Part shown: piece by piece, positions 6,465 through 16,275 of the stretch
How the letters are laid out: every line of letters begins with the position of its first letter
Position numbering within the stretch: position 1 is the stretch's first letter
Assembly: GCA_964601675.1 (NCBI GenBank)
Contig: CAZROF010000002.1
Location: 17,153 to 49,152 of the forward strand
Source: Candidatus Woesearchaeota archaeon
GTDB lineage: Archaea > Nanobdellota > Nanobdellia > Pacearchaeales > GW2011-AR1
Reading direction: 5' to 3'
Length of the DNA stretch: 32,000 nucleotides
The notes under the pieces: model-generated
What the model saw: only the letters and a program-made list of their open reading frames with translations
The model's database searches: none
What the model was told of the DNA's origin: nothing
Position numbers and translations under genes: made by a program

Positions 6465-8906
6465 ATGGATTTCGAATTTGTTCCCATCGATTATGATTAT
6501 TTTGATTTTGAAGGGCAAAATTATGTTCAAATGATTGGGCGAGATGGAAATGAACGAAAGATTTGTGTTGTGGATTATTATGAAGCTAATTTTTATTTGA
6601 TTTTGCGAGAAGGGGCTGATTCTGACAAGATAATAAAAAGGATTGGTGGACTTGAAGTCGGAAAAATGGGGAGAGTGAGTAAAATTTTACGAATGGAGGT
6701 TTTGGATAAAAAGTTTTTGGGAAAGAGTGTCAAGGCGATTCGGGTTTGGATTAGTAATCATAAAGATATTCATGATATGATGTCAGAGATGGGAGATATT
6801 GAAGATGTCGAGGTTAGGAGAGAACACGATATTCCCTTAATTACTAAATACATCAAAGAGAAAGAAATTAATCCGTTAGATTGGTATAGGGTTGAAACCG
6901 AAGATAATGATTCCTTGAGGATGATTGAAGGACTTAGTGTCGATGATTGTTATTTTGCTAAGAGTATTAATCCGATTAAGGGGAACAAAAAGTTTATACC
7001 GAAGATTTTGGCTTATGATATTGAGACGACTGGTCGTGAGATTGGCGAGGGTGAAATTTTAATGATTTCCGTTTGCTCTGGAGATATAAAAAAAGTTATT
7101 AGCTGGAAAGATGTTGATGATTCTCCTGATTATGTTGAGATTGTCGAGGATGAAGTCGCAATGATTGAAAGGTTTTCTGATTTGGTTCGTGAGGCTGATG
7201 CCGATATATTGACTGGGTATTTTTCAGATGGTTTTGATTTGCCTTATCTAAAGGCTCGTGCTGATTTTTATAAAGTGAAACTGGATTTGGGAGTTAATAG
7301 TAGAAATCCTGTTTTTATCAGGGGAAGAATTCCTTCTGGGAAGATTGCGGGGATGGTTCATGTTGATTTATATCGTTTTATTGATGTAGTTTTTTCACAG
7401 TATTTGCAAAGTGAGACTCTAAGTTTAAACGAGGTTGCTGGCGAACTGATTGGCTCCAAGAAAGAAGACTTTGATTTTACTAGACTTGGAAATATGAGAG
7501 ATAGTGATTGGTTAAGATTTTTCTCTTATAGTATGCAAGATGCTGTTGTGACGCATGAGCTAGCATTGAAGATTTGGCCTGATATTAATGAGTTTTGCCA
7601 TATTGTTAAAGAGCCTGTTTTTGATGTGACACGAGATAGGATGGCAACACATGTCGAGAATCATATTTTACATAATTTGGATAGATTCAATGAGATTGCA
7701 GAAAGGCGACCGGGTCACAGTGAGACTAACGAAAGGAAGATGAAGAGAAAGTTTGGCGGCGCATTTGTGTTTGAGCCTACACCTGGGTTTTATGAAGATA
7801 TAGTTATGTTTGATTTTACCAGTATGCATTCTAGTCTTATTGTTACGTTTAATATTTCAGGACAGAGTTTGGGGTTTGAAAATGGTGATGATGTTTATGA
7901 ATCTCCAGAGTTTGAACTTGATGGACATCCTACACGAGTTTATTTTGACAAGAAGCCTGGTTTTTTTTCTACGCTTTTATCGGAGATTGTTGATAAACGT
8001 AAAGAGGTTAAGAAAGAATACGCAGCAGATAAGAGTCCGATAAAGAAGGCTCGGAGTAATGCTTACAAACTTTTGGCCAATGCGACTTTTGGTTATCAAG
8101 GCTTTTATGGAGCCAGATATTATTCACGTGAGGCTGCAGCTGCCACATTGGCCTTTGTTAGAAAGTTAACTCATGACACTATGGATAAGATCTCAGGAAA
8201 AGGTTACAAAATTATTTATGGAGACACAGATAGTATAGTTTTTTTGAGTGGAGGAAAAAGTCGTGAGGAAATTTTAAATTTTTTGAAAGAAATTAATGAG
8301 GACTTTCCAGGAATCATTGAATTAGATTTGGAAGACTTTTTCAAGAGAGGACTTTTTGTTGCGAAGAGAGGTTCAAAAACGGGGGCTAAAAAAAAGTATG
8401 CCCTATTGTCCACGAGTGGCAAGATTAAAATTCGTGGATTTGAAACTGTGCGTCGGGATTGGTGTAGCTTATCTAGGAGATTGCAAGATAAAGTTTTGAG
8501 AATGATTTTAAAAGATGGTAATGAAAAAGATGCTTTGAAGTTGGTAAAAGATGTTGTGGGAAAACTGAAGACACGTAATGTTGAGATGGAAGATTTAATG
8601 ATTAAGACGAAGATGAAAAGAGAGATCGGGGATTATATCTCAGAGGGCCCGCATGTTGCTGCTGCGAAGAAGATGATTGAGGCTGGGGTTAAAGTTGGAG
8701 TAGGGACATTTGTGGAGTACTTTGTTGGAGAGGGGACTGGTAAAAGGGTTGGGGATAATGTTTTTTTAAAAGGCGAGCGGGTAAAGTATAATATAGAATA
8801 TTATTTGGAAAAACAGATTTTACCAGCGGTAGAGGGAATTTTTGATGTGTTTGGGGTTGATGTTAGAGCGATTGTTGAAGGAGAGAGACAGGAGAAATTG
8901 TTTTGA
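6465..8906 (+). CDS. polB: Family B DNA polymerase (PolB)
   Basis: Exo I ILAYDIETTG, Exo II FSDGFDLPYL and Exo III YSMQDAVVTHEL are present. So are motif A DFTSMHSSLI (variant), motif B KLLANATFGY, motif C IIYGDTDSIVF and KKKYA. No intein-sized insertion. Confidence 0.93.
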   Translation: MDFEFVPIDYDYFDFEGQNYVQMIGRDGNERKICVVDYYEANFYLILREGADSDKIIKRIGGLEVGKMGRVSKILRMEVLDKKFLGKSVKAIRVWISNHKDIHDMMSEMGDIEDVEVRREHDIPLITKYIKEKEINPLDWYRVETEDNDSLRMIEGLSVDDCYFAKSINPIKGNKKFIPKILAYDIETTGREIGEGEILMISVCSGDIKKVISWKDVDDSPDYVEIVEDEVAMIERFSDLVREADADILTGYFSDGFDLPYLKARADFYKVKLDLGVNSRNPVFIRGRIPSGKIAGMVHVDLYRFIDVVFSQYLQSETLSLNEVAGELIGSKKEDFDFTRLGNMRDSDWLRFFSYSMQDAVVTHELALKIWPDINEFCHIVKEPVFDVTRDRMATHVENHILHNLDRFNEIAERRPGHSETNERKMKRKFGGAFVFEPTPGFYEDIVMFDFTSMHSSLIVTFNISGQSLGFENGDDVYESPEFELDGHPTRVYFDKKPGFFSTLLSEIVDKRKEVKKEYAADKSPIKKARSNAYKLLANATFGYQGFYGARYYSREAAAATLAFVRKLTHDTMDKISGKGYKIIYGDTDSIVFLSGGKSREEILNFLKEINEDFPGIIELDLEDFFKRGLFVAKRGSKTGAKKKYALLSTSGKIKIRGFETVRRDWCSLSRRLQDKVLRMILKDGNEKDALKLVKDVVGKLKTRNVEMEDLMIKTKMKREIGDYISEGPHVAAAKKMIEAGVKVGVGTFVEYFVGEGTGKRVGDNVFLKGERVKYNIEYYLEKQILPAVEGIFDVFGVDVRAIVEGERQEKLF

Positions 8907-8952
8907 AGTTTTTAGAGATTGGAATTTTTTATTCCGGGTATTTATTTTACAT

Positions 8953-9384
8953 TTATACTTTATAATATAATTCTATAGTCCTATCTACATCTTCCATTAA
9001 CGGCATACTTAAAGCATGAGGAATTGAAGCCCATCTTGAATCTTTATGTTCTTCATGGTTAATCCGTATCTCCTTGGGCTCATCTAATTCTGTATGAAAA
9101 ATATGATATATAAAATCATAGCCTTCAAATCTCACATAGACTTTTTGGAAATCTTTTATCTTGGAATGGGGGATTTCAAAACTAGTCTCTTCTCTTATTT
9201 CTCTTGCTATTGCTTCAAATATACCTTCTCCATCATCTACCTTTCCAGAGGGGATTCCCCATGTATTTCCTTGTGGCTTATGGTCTTGCCTGTGAAGTAA
9301 GACTATTTTATTATTACATTCCACAAAACAACCAACTATATAGAATTTTGAATTAAAATCTTCTGGCTCTTTTTCATATATCAT
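8953..9384 (-). CDS. Nudix hydrolase
   Basis: Nudix box GKVDDGEGIFEAIAREIREETSF fits Gx5Ex7REUxEExGU, with the last G replaced by S. 143 aa. Confidence 0.85.
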   Translation of the reverse strand: MIYEKEPEDFNSKFYIVGCFVECNNKIVLLHRQDHKPQGNTWGIPSGKVDDGEGIFEAIAREIREETSFEIPHSKIKDFQKVYVRFEGYDFIYHIFHTELDEPKEIRINHEEHKDSRWASIPHALSMPLMEDVDRTIELYYKV

Positions 9385-9427
9385 TTTATTTTATCGACTT
9401 ATTTATATATAAAGATTGTTGTGAAAA

Positions 9428-10285
9428 CTAACTCATGACTTTAATTTCTTCGCCAAATATATTACTGGCTTCTTTTATGTAACGTTCTATATTCTCTTTG
9501 AACCATGGCTTGTTGTTTTTCTGTATCTTCCCTATAAAATAATAACCTAAACAAAATATTAATCCAAAGTCCGCCCATTTCGGTATTTTATAATTCAGTT
9601 TATTTTTACCAAATACTTTGTTTTCTTTTCCTAAACTAATAAATAATTCTTTGTCTGAATGTATAACGGTTTTTGCATGTTTAGTCTGCTCATATGTAAA
9701 AGATTTTCCCTGAAGCATGGGTCCGAATAGCTCATCGAATTTAGTTTCAAAAAATTCTCGAATTTCGTCAAATTTTTCTGGGACTATAAAATAGTAATAT
9801 TCATATTTTTTTAGTTTTGGAACTTTTATTTTTTCTAGAAAATTTATAATTTTTTTCGGGTCTTCACCTGTTTTGGATAAAATCATTCCTAGATATGTTG
9901 AGGTATTGTATGTGTATGGTTCTATGTTTTTTTGGAAGATGTATGTTTGGTCAACTAATTTGACTGCTTCGCCTTTTTCGTTATTTGTTAGAAGGATGGT
10001 TTTTATTTTTTTATTTTTCATTTGTTTTGCAATTATTGGAGAGTGTTTGCCGGCGGAAGCTGAAATCAATATGCAGCCATCTACTTTCTCGGTTTTTATT
10101 TTTTCTAGGTAATTACTTTCGTTTGCGAAAACTCCTGTGAAAAGTATTTTTCCTAAGGCTGCTGCGTTGCCGCTCCCCACGACTAGTGGATTTTTGAAAT
10201 TATGTTTTATCTTAGGTAAATTAACTCCAGAAAAAAGGTTTAGTGCATTTAATACGCATTGATCTAAGTTTATCATTTCTTTCAT
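9428..10285 (-). CDS. SIS-like domain protein, putative sugar-phosphate isomerase (possibly PGI/PMI-type)
   Basis: VVGSGNAAALG ... LISASAGKHSPIIAKQMK ... ILLTNN resembles the SIS fold pattern (GxGxS ... SxSGxT ... hydrophobic strand). Size is near that of archaeal PGI/PMI, and the gene is divergent from the glycogen operon. The CDS is secure; the function is tentative. Confidence 0.45.
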   Translation of the reverse strand: MKEMINLDQCVLNALNLFSGVNLPKIKHNFKNPLVVGSGNAAALGKILFTGVFANESNYLEKIKTEKVDGCILISASAGKHSPIIAKQMKNKKIKTILLTNNEKGEAVKLVDQTYIFQKNIEPYTYNTSTYLGMILSKTGEDPKKIINFLEKIKVPKLKKYEYYYFIVPEKFDEIREFFETKFDELFGPMLQGKSFTYEQTKHAKTVIHSDKELFISLGKENKVFGKNKLNYKIPKWADFGLIFCLGYYFIGKIQKNNKPWFKENIERYIKEASNIFGEEIKVMS

Positions 10286-10381
10286 AAATATTTTAAGATT
10301 GGTAAATATTTAACTGTTTGTACTAATTTATCAGGGAAAGGTTTAATAGTCAGCTTATTGTGTTTCTCTAGAGATGATAAG

Positions 10382-11629
10382 GTGAAAGTTTTAATGCTTG
10401 GCTGGGAATTTCCTCCTTTTTTCGCTGGGGGGGCTGGAATAGTTTGTTATGAACTGACGAAAGAGATGGTGAAGATGGATGATATTAACCTAACTTATGT
10501 TATGCCATTTGGCCCTGATGAAGTTAAAAATCATCATCTTAGAGTTTTAATTGCGGATAGATTTAAAGGAAAGAAGATAAATTTTAAGCGGGTGCCGTCT
10601 TTACTTGGAGCCTACATAACTCACGAAAGTTATAAGACAGAGGTACAAAGACTGCTTTCGTCTGGTGATTTGAAGATGCGACAGGACAATACTATAAATT
10701 TATATGGGGTTAATCTTATTTCGGAGGTTTATAATTTTGCGGAGAGAGTTAGTACAATTGTAGAAGATGAAGACTTTGATATCGTGCATGCTCATGACTG
10801 GACAACATTTCCGGCTGCTATTAGAGCGAGTGAAAAAATGAAAAAACCCTTGGTTGTTCATATGCATATTACTGAGTTTGATAAGTCAGGTGGTGCAGGG
10901 GCTGATCCTAATATTTATTCTATTGAAAAAGATGGAATGGATAAGGCTGATAAAGTTATTACAATTAGTGAGAGGGTAAAGCAGAGGCTTATTGAGAGTT
11001 ATCATATTGACCCTGCAAAAATTGAAATTGTTTATCATGCGAAGATTGATGTTGGTTCCGATAAAGATTTTGACTTTCCAAAATTTAAAGAAAAAAATAA
11101 AGTAATTTTGTTCGCAGGCAGGATGACTTTACAAAAAGGGGCAGATTATTTTATTGAAGCTGCGGCTAAGGTAGCGAATTTTTATGATAATGTTATTTTT
11201 ATTATGATTGGTAGCGGAGATCAGATGAATCAAATGATTAGAAAAGTTGCTGAGATGGGATTACAAGACAAAATATTATTTCATGGATTTTACACGCGAG
11301 ATGAGGCTAATAAATTTTTTAGTATGGCTGATGTTTATGTTATGCCGTCGGTAAGTGAGCCTTTTGGGCTTATTCCTCTTGAAGCTATGAGCAAAGGGAC
11401 TCCGACAATTATTTCAAAACAAACTGGGGCGGGAGAGATTTTAAACAATGTTTTTAAGGTTGATTTTTGGGATACAGATAGAATGGCTAATCAAATTGTT
11501 TCATTATTAAATTATAATGAACTGCATAACACTATGAAGAAGGAGGGATTAAGTGAAGTAAATAAATTAACGTGGGATAAACCTGCACGAAGATGTGTTG
11601 ATATTTACAAGGAACTCACTGAAAAATAA
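10382..11629 (+). CDS. GT-B glycosyltransferase, glycogen-synthase-like (GT4/GT5 type)
   Basis: N-terminal MLGWEFPPFFAGGAG and C-terminal SVSEPFGLIPLEAM (the E-x7-E motif of retaining GT-B enzymes). It is followed 2 nt later by GH57. Start is uncertain: GTG 10382, ATG 10394, or the ORF-track TTG 10358. Confidence 0.8.
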   Translation: MKVLMLGWEFPPFFAGGAGIVCYELTKEMVKMDDINLTYVMPFGPDEVKNHHLRVLIADRFKGKKINFKRVPSLLGAYITHESYKTEVQRLLSSGDLKMRQDNTINLYGVNLISEVYNFAERVSTIVEDEDFDIVHAHDWTTFPAAIRASEKMKKPLVVHMHITEFDKSGGAGADPNIYSIEKDGMDKADKVITISERVKQRLIESYHIDPAKIEIVYHAKIDVGSDKDFDFPKFKEKNKVILFAGRMTLQKGADYFIEAAAKVANFYDNVIFIMIGSGDQMNQMIRKVAEMGLQDKILFHGFYTRDEANKFFSMADVYVMPSVSEPFGLIPLEAMSKGTPTIISKQTGAGEILNNVFKVDFWDTDRMANQIVSLLNYNELHNTMKKEGLSEVNKLTWDKPARRCVDIYKELTEK

Positions 11630-11631
11630 TA

Positions 11632-12885
11632 ATGGTTTCAATGTGTTTTTACTTTCAGGTTCATCAGCCTTATAGAATTCGGAGATATTCTATTTTTGAT
11701 ATTGGGCACGAGAAAGAATACTTCGCAGACTCCTCTGGTACAAAATTAGATAATAAATGGATTGTTGATAAAGTTTCTGCTAAATGTTATTTACCCAGTA
11801 ATGCGGTCTTACTGGAATTGCTAAATAAACATCCTGAATTTAAAGTTAGTTTTTCTTTTAGTGGTGTTTTCCTAGAACAGTTGGAAGAATTCGCGCCTGA
11901 GGTTTTAAAAAGTTTTCAGGATTTGGTTGCCACCGGTCGGGTTGAGATTTTAAGTGAAACCTATTATCATTCCCTATCATTTTTGTTTGATAAAGATGAA
12001 TTCCGTGAACAGGTAAGATTACATGATAAATTAATTGAGCAATTATTTGGAATTAGTCCTAGAGTATTTCGAAATACGGAGTTAATTTATAATAATGAAT
12101 TGGCAAATGAGATCGAGGCTATGGGATACAAGGGAATTATTGCCGAAGGTGCCGACCACTTGTTGAAATGGAGATCTCCAAATTTTTTGTATCGTCCCAG
12201 GGGGAGTGAAAAGATTAAGGTCCTATTGAAAAATTACAAGTTAAGCGACGATATTGCTTTTAGGTTTTCTAATCGGGACTGGAAAGAGTGGCCACTGACC
12301 GCTCCAAAATATGTTCAGTGGCTAAATGCAATTAATGGTAATGGTGAAATTGTAAATTTGTTTATGGATTATGAGACTTTTGGTGAACATCAGTGGGAAG
12401 ATACTGGAATTTTTGAGTTCCTTCGTCATTTGCCTGAAGAATTTTTGAAACATCCTGACAATAATTTTAAGACTCCTTCTGAGGTTGTAGATTCTTATGA
12501 GGCTAGAGGTGAGTATGATTGCCATAATTTTATTTCGTGGGCTGATATGGAGCGGGATTTGAGTGCATGGAGGGGAAATGAGATTCAAGACGCTGCTATG
12601 AATCGTATTTATGCTTTGAGTGAGAAAGTGAAATTAACTGGAAATGGAAATTTAATTCACAAATGGAGAAAACTACAAACGTCAGACCATTTTTACTATA
12701 TGTGTACTAAATATTTTAACGACGGAGATGTCCATAAATATTTCAATCCGTATGACAGTCCTTATGATGCGTTTATTGCTTATATGAATGTATTACAGGA
12801 TTTAGAAATGGAGATTAATGATATTTTGAAAGAGCGAGGATTTTTGAAGAATGGTAAGATTATTACAAATGAAATAAATTTATAA
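11632..12885 (+). CDS. Glycoside hydrolase family 57 (alpha-amylase / glucan-processing enzyme)
   Basis: N-terminal FYFQVHQPYR and the FMDYETFGEHQWE block are typical of GH57 catalytic domains. 417 aa, in glycogen context. Confidence 0.85.
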   Translation: MVSMCFYFQVHQPYRIRRYSIFDIGHEKEYFADSSGTKLDNKWIVDKVSAKCYLPSNAVLLELLNKHPEFKVSFSFSGVFLEQLEEFAPEVLKSFQDLVATGRVEILSETYYHSLSFLFDKDEFREQVRLHDKLIEQLFGISPRVFRNTELIYNNELANEIEAMGYKGIIAEGADHLLKWRSPNFLYRPRGSEKIKVLLKNYKLSDDIAFRFSNRDWKEWPLTAPKYVQWLNAINGNGEIVNLFMDYETFGEHQWEDTGIFEFLRHLPEEFLKHPDNNFKTPSEVVDSYEARGEYDCHNFISWADMERDLSAWRGNEIQDAAMNRIYALSEKVKLTGNGNLIHKWRKLQTSDHFYYMCTKYFNDGDVHKYFNPYDSPYDAFIAYMNVLQDLEMEINDILKERGFLKNGKIITNEINL

Positions 12886-12909
12886 AGATTAAATGATGGT
12901 AAATATAAA

Positions 12910-13212
12910 ATGGTGATGGACAGATTTTATTTTAGCAACGGTGATAGTGCTGGGAATTTAAAAGAACTTTTAGATAAATTAAAAATTATTGATAATGAAT
13001 GTTTCGAGTATCATGTAAATAAAGATAAAAATGATTTTGCAAATTGGACTGAGAATACTTTGGGTATGGGAGTCTTGGGAAAGAGGATTGGAAAGATGAA
13101 AGATAAGAAAAAAATTATTTCTACTATTGATAAGACAATAAACAGTCCAGCAAGGGTGAGGAGTAGAATTATTGAACAAATAAAGGGGGAAATCTTAAAT
13201 GGGGGCGGCTAA
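12910..13212 (+). CDS. Small uncharacterised protein, paralog A of a pair flanking the ATPase
   Basis: Shares RFY..G.S..NL..L....D..F..H.....NDF.NW.....LG with ORF 13942-14250. Its end overlaps the ATPase start by 14 nt. tttataaa at 12878-12885 could be an internal promoter for a leaderless ATG at 12910. Confidence 0.7.
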   Translation: MVMDRFYFSNGDSAGNLKELLDKLKIIDNECFEYHVNKDKNDFANWTENTLGMGVLGKRIGKMKDKKKIISTIDKTINSPARVRSRIIEQIKGEILNGGG

Positions 13213-13945
13213 AGTTTTTGGAGTGATTTCACTAAAGGGTGGGGTTGGAAAAACAACTGTCGTTTCAAATTTAGGGGCATCTTTGACTAGAGATTATGGG
13301 AAGAAAGTTTTAATGATTGATGCCAACTTTTCCACTCCTCATTTAGGTTTACATTTAGGCTTACTAACTCCAAAATATACACTTCATCATGTTTTGAACG
13401 ATAATCATTCTATTTTTGAATCAATCTATCAGCATGAGTTAGGGTTTCATATTATTCCTGGGAAACTCGCACCATTTGATACAGAACCCTTGGGATTAAG
13501 AGATAAACTCAAAGAACTACGTGATATCTATGATGTTATTTTAATTGATTCCTCTCCATCTTTGAATGATGAAATGTATGCCACGATGGCTGCCTCTGAT
13601 GAGCTATTGGTTGTAAGTTCTCCTGATTATCCTACACTATCTTCTACTATTCATGCTATTAGTGTTGCTGATAAGAAGGACGCTAAAATTCGTGGAATCA
13701 TTATTAATAAGGCCTATAAAAAGAAATTTGAATTAAAGAAAAAAGATATCGAAGGAGCTAGTGGGTCGAAAGTTTTGTCCGTTATTCCTGAAAACTTCAA
13801 GGTAATGTCTGCACTTTCTAGAATGGTTCCTATGGTTATTAATTTTCCTAGACAAGATGTTTCTGTCGAATATAAAAAATTAGCTGGTTCTTTGATTGGA
13901 GAAAAACCCAAAGGCTGGTTTAGAAAAGGAGAAAAAAAGAAATGA
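13199..13945 (+). CDS. MinD/ParA/Mrp-family P-loop ATPase (deviant Walker A)
   Basis: GVISLKGGVGKTTVVSNLG is a deviant Walker A with the signature Lys. VLMIDAN (Walker A') and VILIDSSPSL (Walker B) are also present. 248 aa. Confidence 0.85.
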   Translation: MGAAKVFGVISLKGGVGKTTVVSNLGASLTRDYGKKVLMIDANFSTPHLGLHLGLLTPKYTLHHVLNDNHSIFESIYQHELGFHIIPGKLAPFDTEPLGLRDKLKELRDIYDVILIDSSPSLNDEMYATMAASDELLVVSSPDYPTLSSTIHAISVADKKDAKIRGIIINKAYKKKFELKKKDIEGASGSKVLSVIPENFKVMSALSRMVPMVINFPRQDVSVEYKKLAGSLIGEKPKGWFRKGEKKK

Positions 13946-14250
13946 AGCTAAATAAGAAACTTGCAGAGAGAATTTTGGATAATGTTAAAGAGGAAAACAG
14001 ATTTTATTGCAATGACGGAAAATCTTTTTCTAACTTATATGATTTACAAAAAGAGATAATGGATATGGATGACGATATTTTTTCGCATCATAGCGAGCAA
14101 GGCAGAAATGATTTTTCTAATTGGGTTCAAGATTGTTTAGGAGATTCAAAATTAGCAGAAGAGTTAATTGGATTAGACAAGAGGAGCTCTTTGAAAAAAA
14201 TTGGAGCTCGGATATCTTATATTGAAAAGTATCTTGAAAAGCATATATGA
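13942..14250 (+). CDS. Small uncharacterised protein, paralog B of the pair flanking the ATPase
   Basis: Same core motif as 12910-13212, plus a basic N-terminal extension (MKLNKKLAERIL). ATGA overlaps with both the ATPase stop (13942-13945) and the GH15 start (14247-14250). Confidence 0.7.
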   Translation: MKLNKKLAERILDNVKEENRFYCNDGKSFSNLYDLQKEIMDMDDDIFSHHSEQGRNDFSNWVQDCLGDSKLAEELIGLDKRSSLKKIGARISYIEKYLEKHI

Positions 14251-16247
14251 CACGACACATTATTCTTGGCAATGGGAATATGTTAGTTTGTACTGATAAG
14301 AATGCCTTGATTCGTGATTTTTATTATCCTTATGTCGGACAGGAAAATCATGTTTCTGAGAATATTCATCGCATTGGTGTTTGGATTGACGGAATTTTTA
14401 GTTGGATGACTCAGGATGAATGGAATATTGAAATTAGATATCAAAAAGAATCTTTAGTTAGTGATGTCCATGCTGTGAATGATAGACTTGGGGTTGAATT
14501 AGTTATGAATGAATGTGTGCATTTTGAAAAAAATATTTATTTAAGAAGAGTAAAGGTTAAAAATAATTTTGACAAGGAGAGAGAAATTAGAGTTTTCTTC
14601 TCACAACATTTTCATATTTCAGAGGACGATATCGGGGACAGTATTTTCTATGACCCAAAAACTAATTCTATTGTAAATTATAAGGGGAAGCGTTATTTTC
14701 TAAGTGGAGGGCAGGGTGGAGGTAGAGACTTTGGAGACTATGCTGTTGGTATATCCGAAGGAGTTAGTAAAAAAAGAGGAACTTATGTGGATTGTGAGGA
14801 TGGAGTTTTGAGTAAGAATTCCGTTGAACATGGTTCTACTGATTCTGCTATTGGATTTAGTTTAGATATCAAGGCTGGTGAAGAGAAATATATCGATTAT
14901 TGGATTGTTGTGGGCAAAACTTATCATGAAGTTGCTGAAATTCGCGAACTCATTTCTTCTTCAACTAGCCCCGAGGAGGTCTCCGCTGGACTCAAAAATA
15001 AAGTAAAAGAACTAATAGAAGAAACTTCATCTCATTGGAAAGATTGGGCAAGTCGAAGAAATATCGATTTTTGTGGATTAAATGATGATATTATTGATTT
15101 ATTTAGACAGTCACTTCTAATTATTAGAGCACAGACTGATAATCATGGAGCGACAATGGCTGCTAATGATACGCATACTCTGCGGTTTAAGCGAGATACT
15201 TATAGTTATATGTGGCCGCGTGATGGAGCACTTATTTCTCGAAGTTTAGATCATGCTGGACATAATAATTTAACTAAAAAATTTTTTAAATTTTGTTCAG
15301 AGGTTATTAGTGATGAAGGATATTTGTTACATAAATATAACCCCGATGGTTCACTTGGGAGCTCTTGGCATTCTTGGCTAAAGGGGGATAAAATTCAGTT
15401 ACCAATTCAAGAGGATGAAACCGCTCTCGTCTTGGATGCACTTTGGAAACATTATGAAAAGTATGGGGATGAGGACAAAATGATTAAGAAAATGTATAAT
15501 GGTTTTATCAAAGAGATGGGGGATTTTATGACTACATTCCGTGATGAGAATACTGGGCTACCAAAGGAAAGTTATGATTTATGGGAGGAAAAACTTGGGA
15601 TTCATACTTTTACGTGCTCTACAGTTTATGCTGGTCTGATTTCTGCTAGCAAGTTTGCAGAAGTCTTTGGGTTAAAAAAAGATATTAAAAAGTATAAAGA
15701 TGCGGCTGAGGGAGTTAGAAGTGCTACGCTTAAGTATGCTTTTGATAGTGAGCGGGGGATTTTTGTTAAGGGTGTTTATTATGATAAAGATAACAATCTT
15801 AAAATGGATAAGACTATTGACGCTAGTACTTTTTATGGGTTACTTGAATTTCGGCTACTTGATGTAAATGATGAGAGATTGACTCGAACTATTGAGACTA
15901 CACTAAAAAGGCTTCGATTCGATGATAACTGTGGTGGTCTTGCAAGATATGAAGGAGACTACTATCATCGTGTTCATAAACAGCGTGAAAATTCTTGGAT
16001 TATTTCTACCATGTGGCTTGCTGAATATTATATCACTAAGGCTAAAAATTTAGATGATTTGGAAATTGCTAAAAATCTTTTTGATTGGGCTGTTGAGAAA
16101 GCACTTCATTCTAGGGTTTTGTCGGAGCAATTGAATCCTGTAAATTCCCACCCCTTGAGTGTTGCGCCGCTTACATGGAGTCACGCTGAATTTATTGTTG
16201 CTGTTATTAAATATTTGGCGAAGTTTAAGGAATTAAAGAAAGATTAA
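14247..16247 (+). CDS. Glycoside hydrolase family 15 (glucoamylase-type; archaeal GH15 members can also be trehalases)
   Basis: YMWPRDGALISRSL and SYDLWEEKLGIHTFT are characteristic GH15 catalytic-domain blocks. The ~280-aa N-terminal domain fits archaeal or bacterial GH15 architecture. Confidence 0.85.
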   Translation: MTRHIILGNGNMLVCTDKNALIRDFYYPYVGQENHVSENIHRIGVWIDGIFSWMTQDEWNIEIRYQKESLVSDVHAVNDRLGVELVMNECVHFEKNIYLRRVKVKNNFDKEREIRVFFSQHFHISEDDIGDSIFYDPKTNSIVNYKGKRYFLSGGQGGGRDFGDYAVGISEGVSKKRGTYVDCEDGVLSKNSVEHGSTDSAIGFSLDIKAGEEKYIDYWIVVGKTYHEVAEIRELISSSTSPEEVSAGLKNKVKELIEETSSHWKDWASRRNIDFCGLNDDIIDLFRQSLLIIRAQTDNHGATMAANDTHTLRFKRDTYSYMWPRDGALISRSLDHAGHNNLTKKFFKFCSEVISDEGYLLHKYNPDGSLGSSWHSWLKGDKIQLPIQEDETALVLDALWKHYEKYGDEDKMIKKMYNGFIKEMGDFMTTFRDENTGLPKESYDLWEEKLGIHTFTCSTVYAGLISASKFAEVFGLKKDIKKYKDAAEGVRSATLKYAFDSERGIFVKGVYYDKDNNLKMDKTIDASTFYGLLEFRLLDVNDERLTRTIETTLKRLRFDDNCGGLARYEGDYYHRVHKQRENSWIISTMWLAEYYITKAKNLDDLEIAKNLFDWAVEKALHSRVLSEQLNPVNSHPLSVAPLTWSHAEFIVAVIKYLAKFKELKKD

Positions 16248-16275
16248 TAAAGCTAAATGATATTATGCTATTGAG

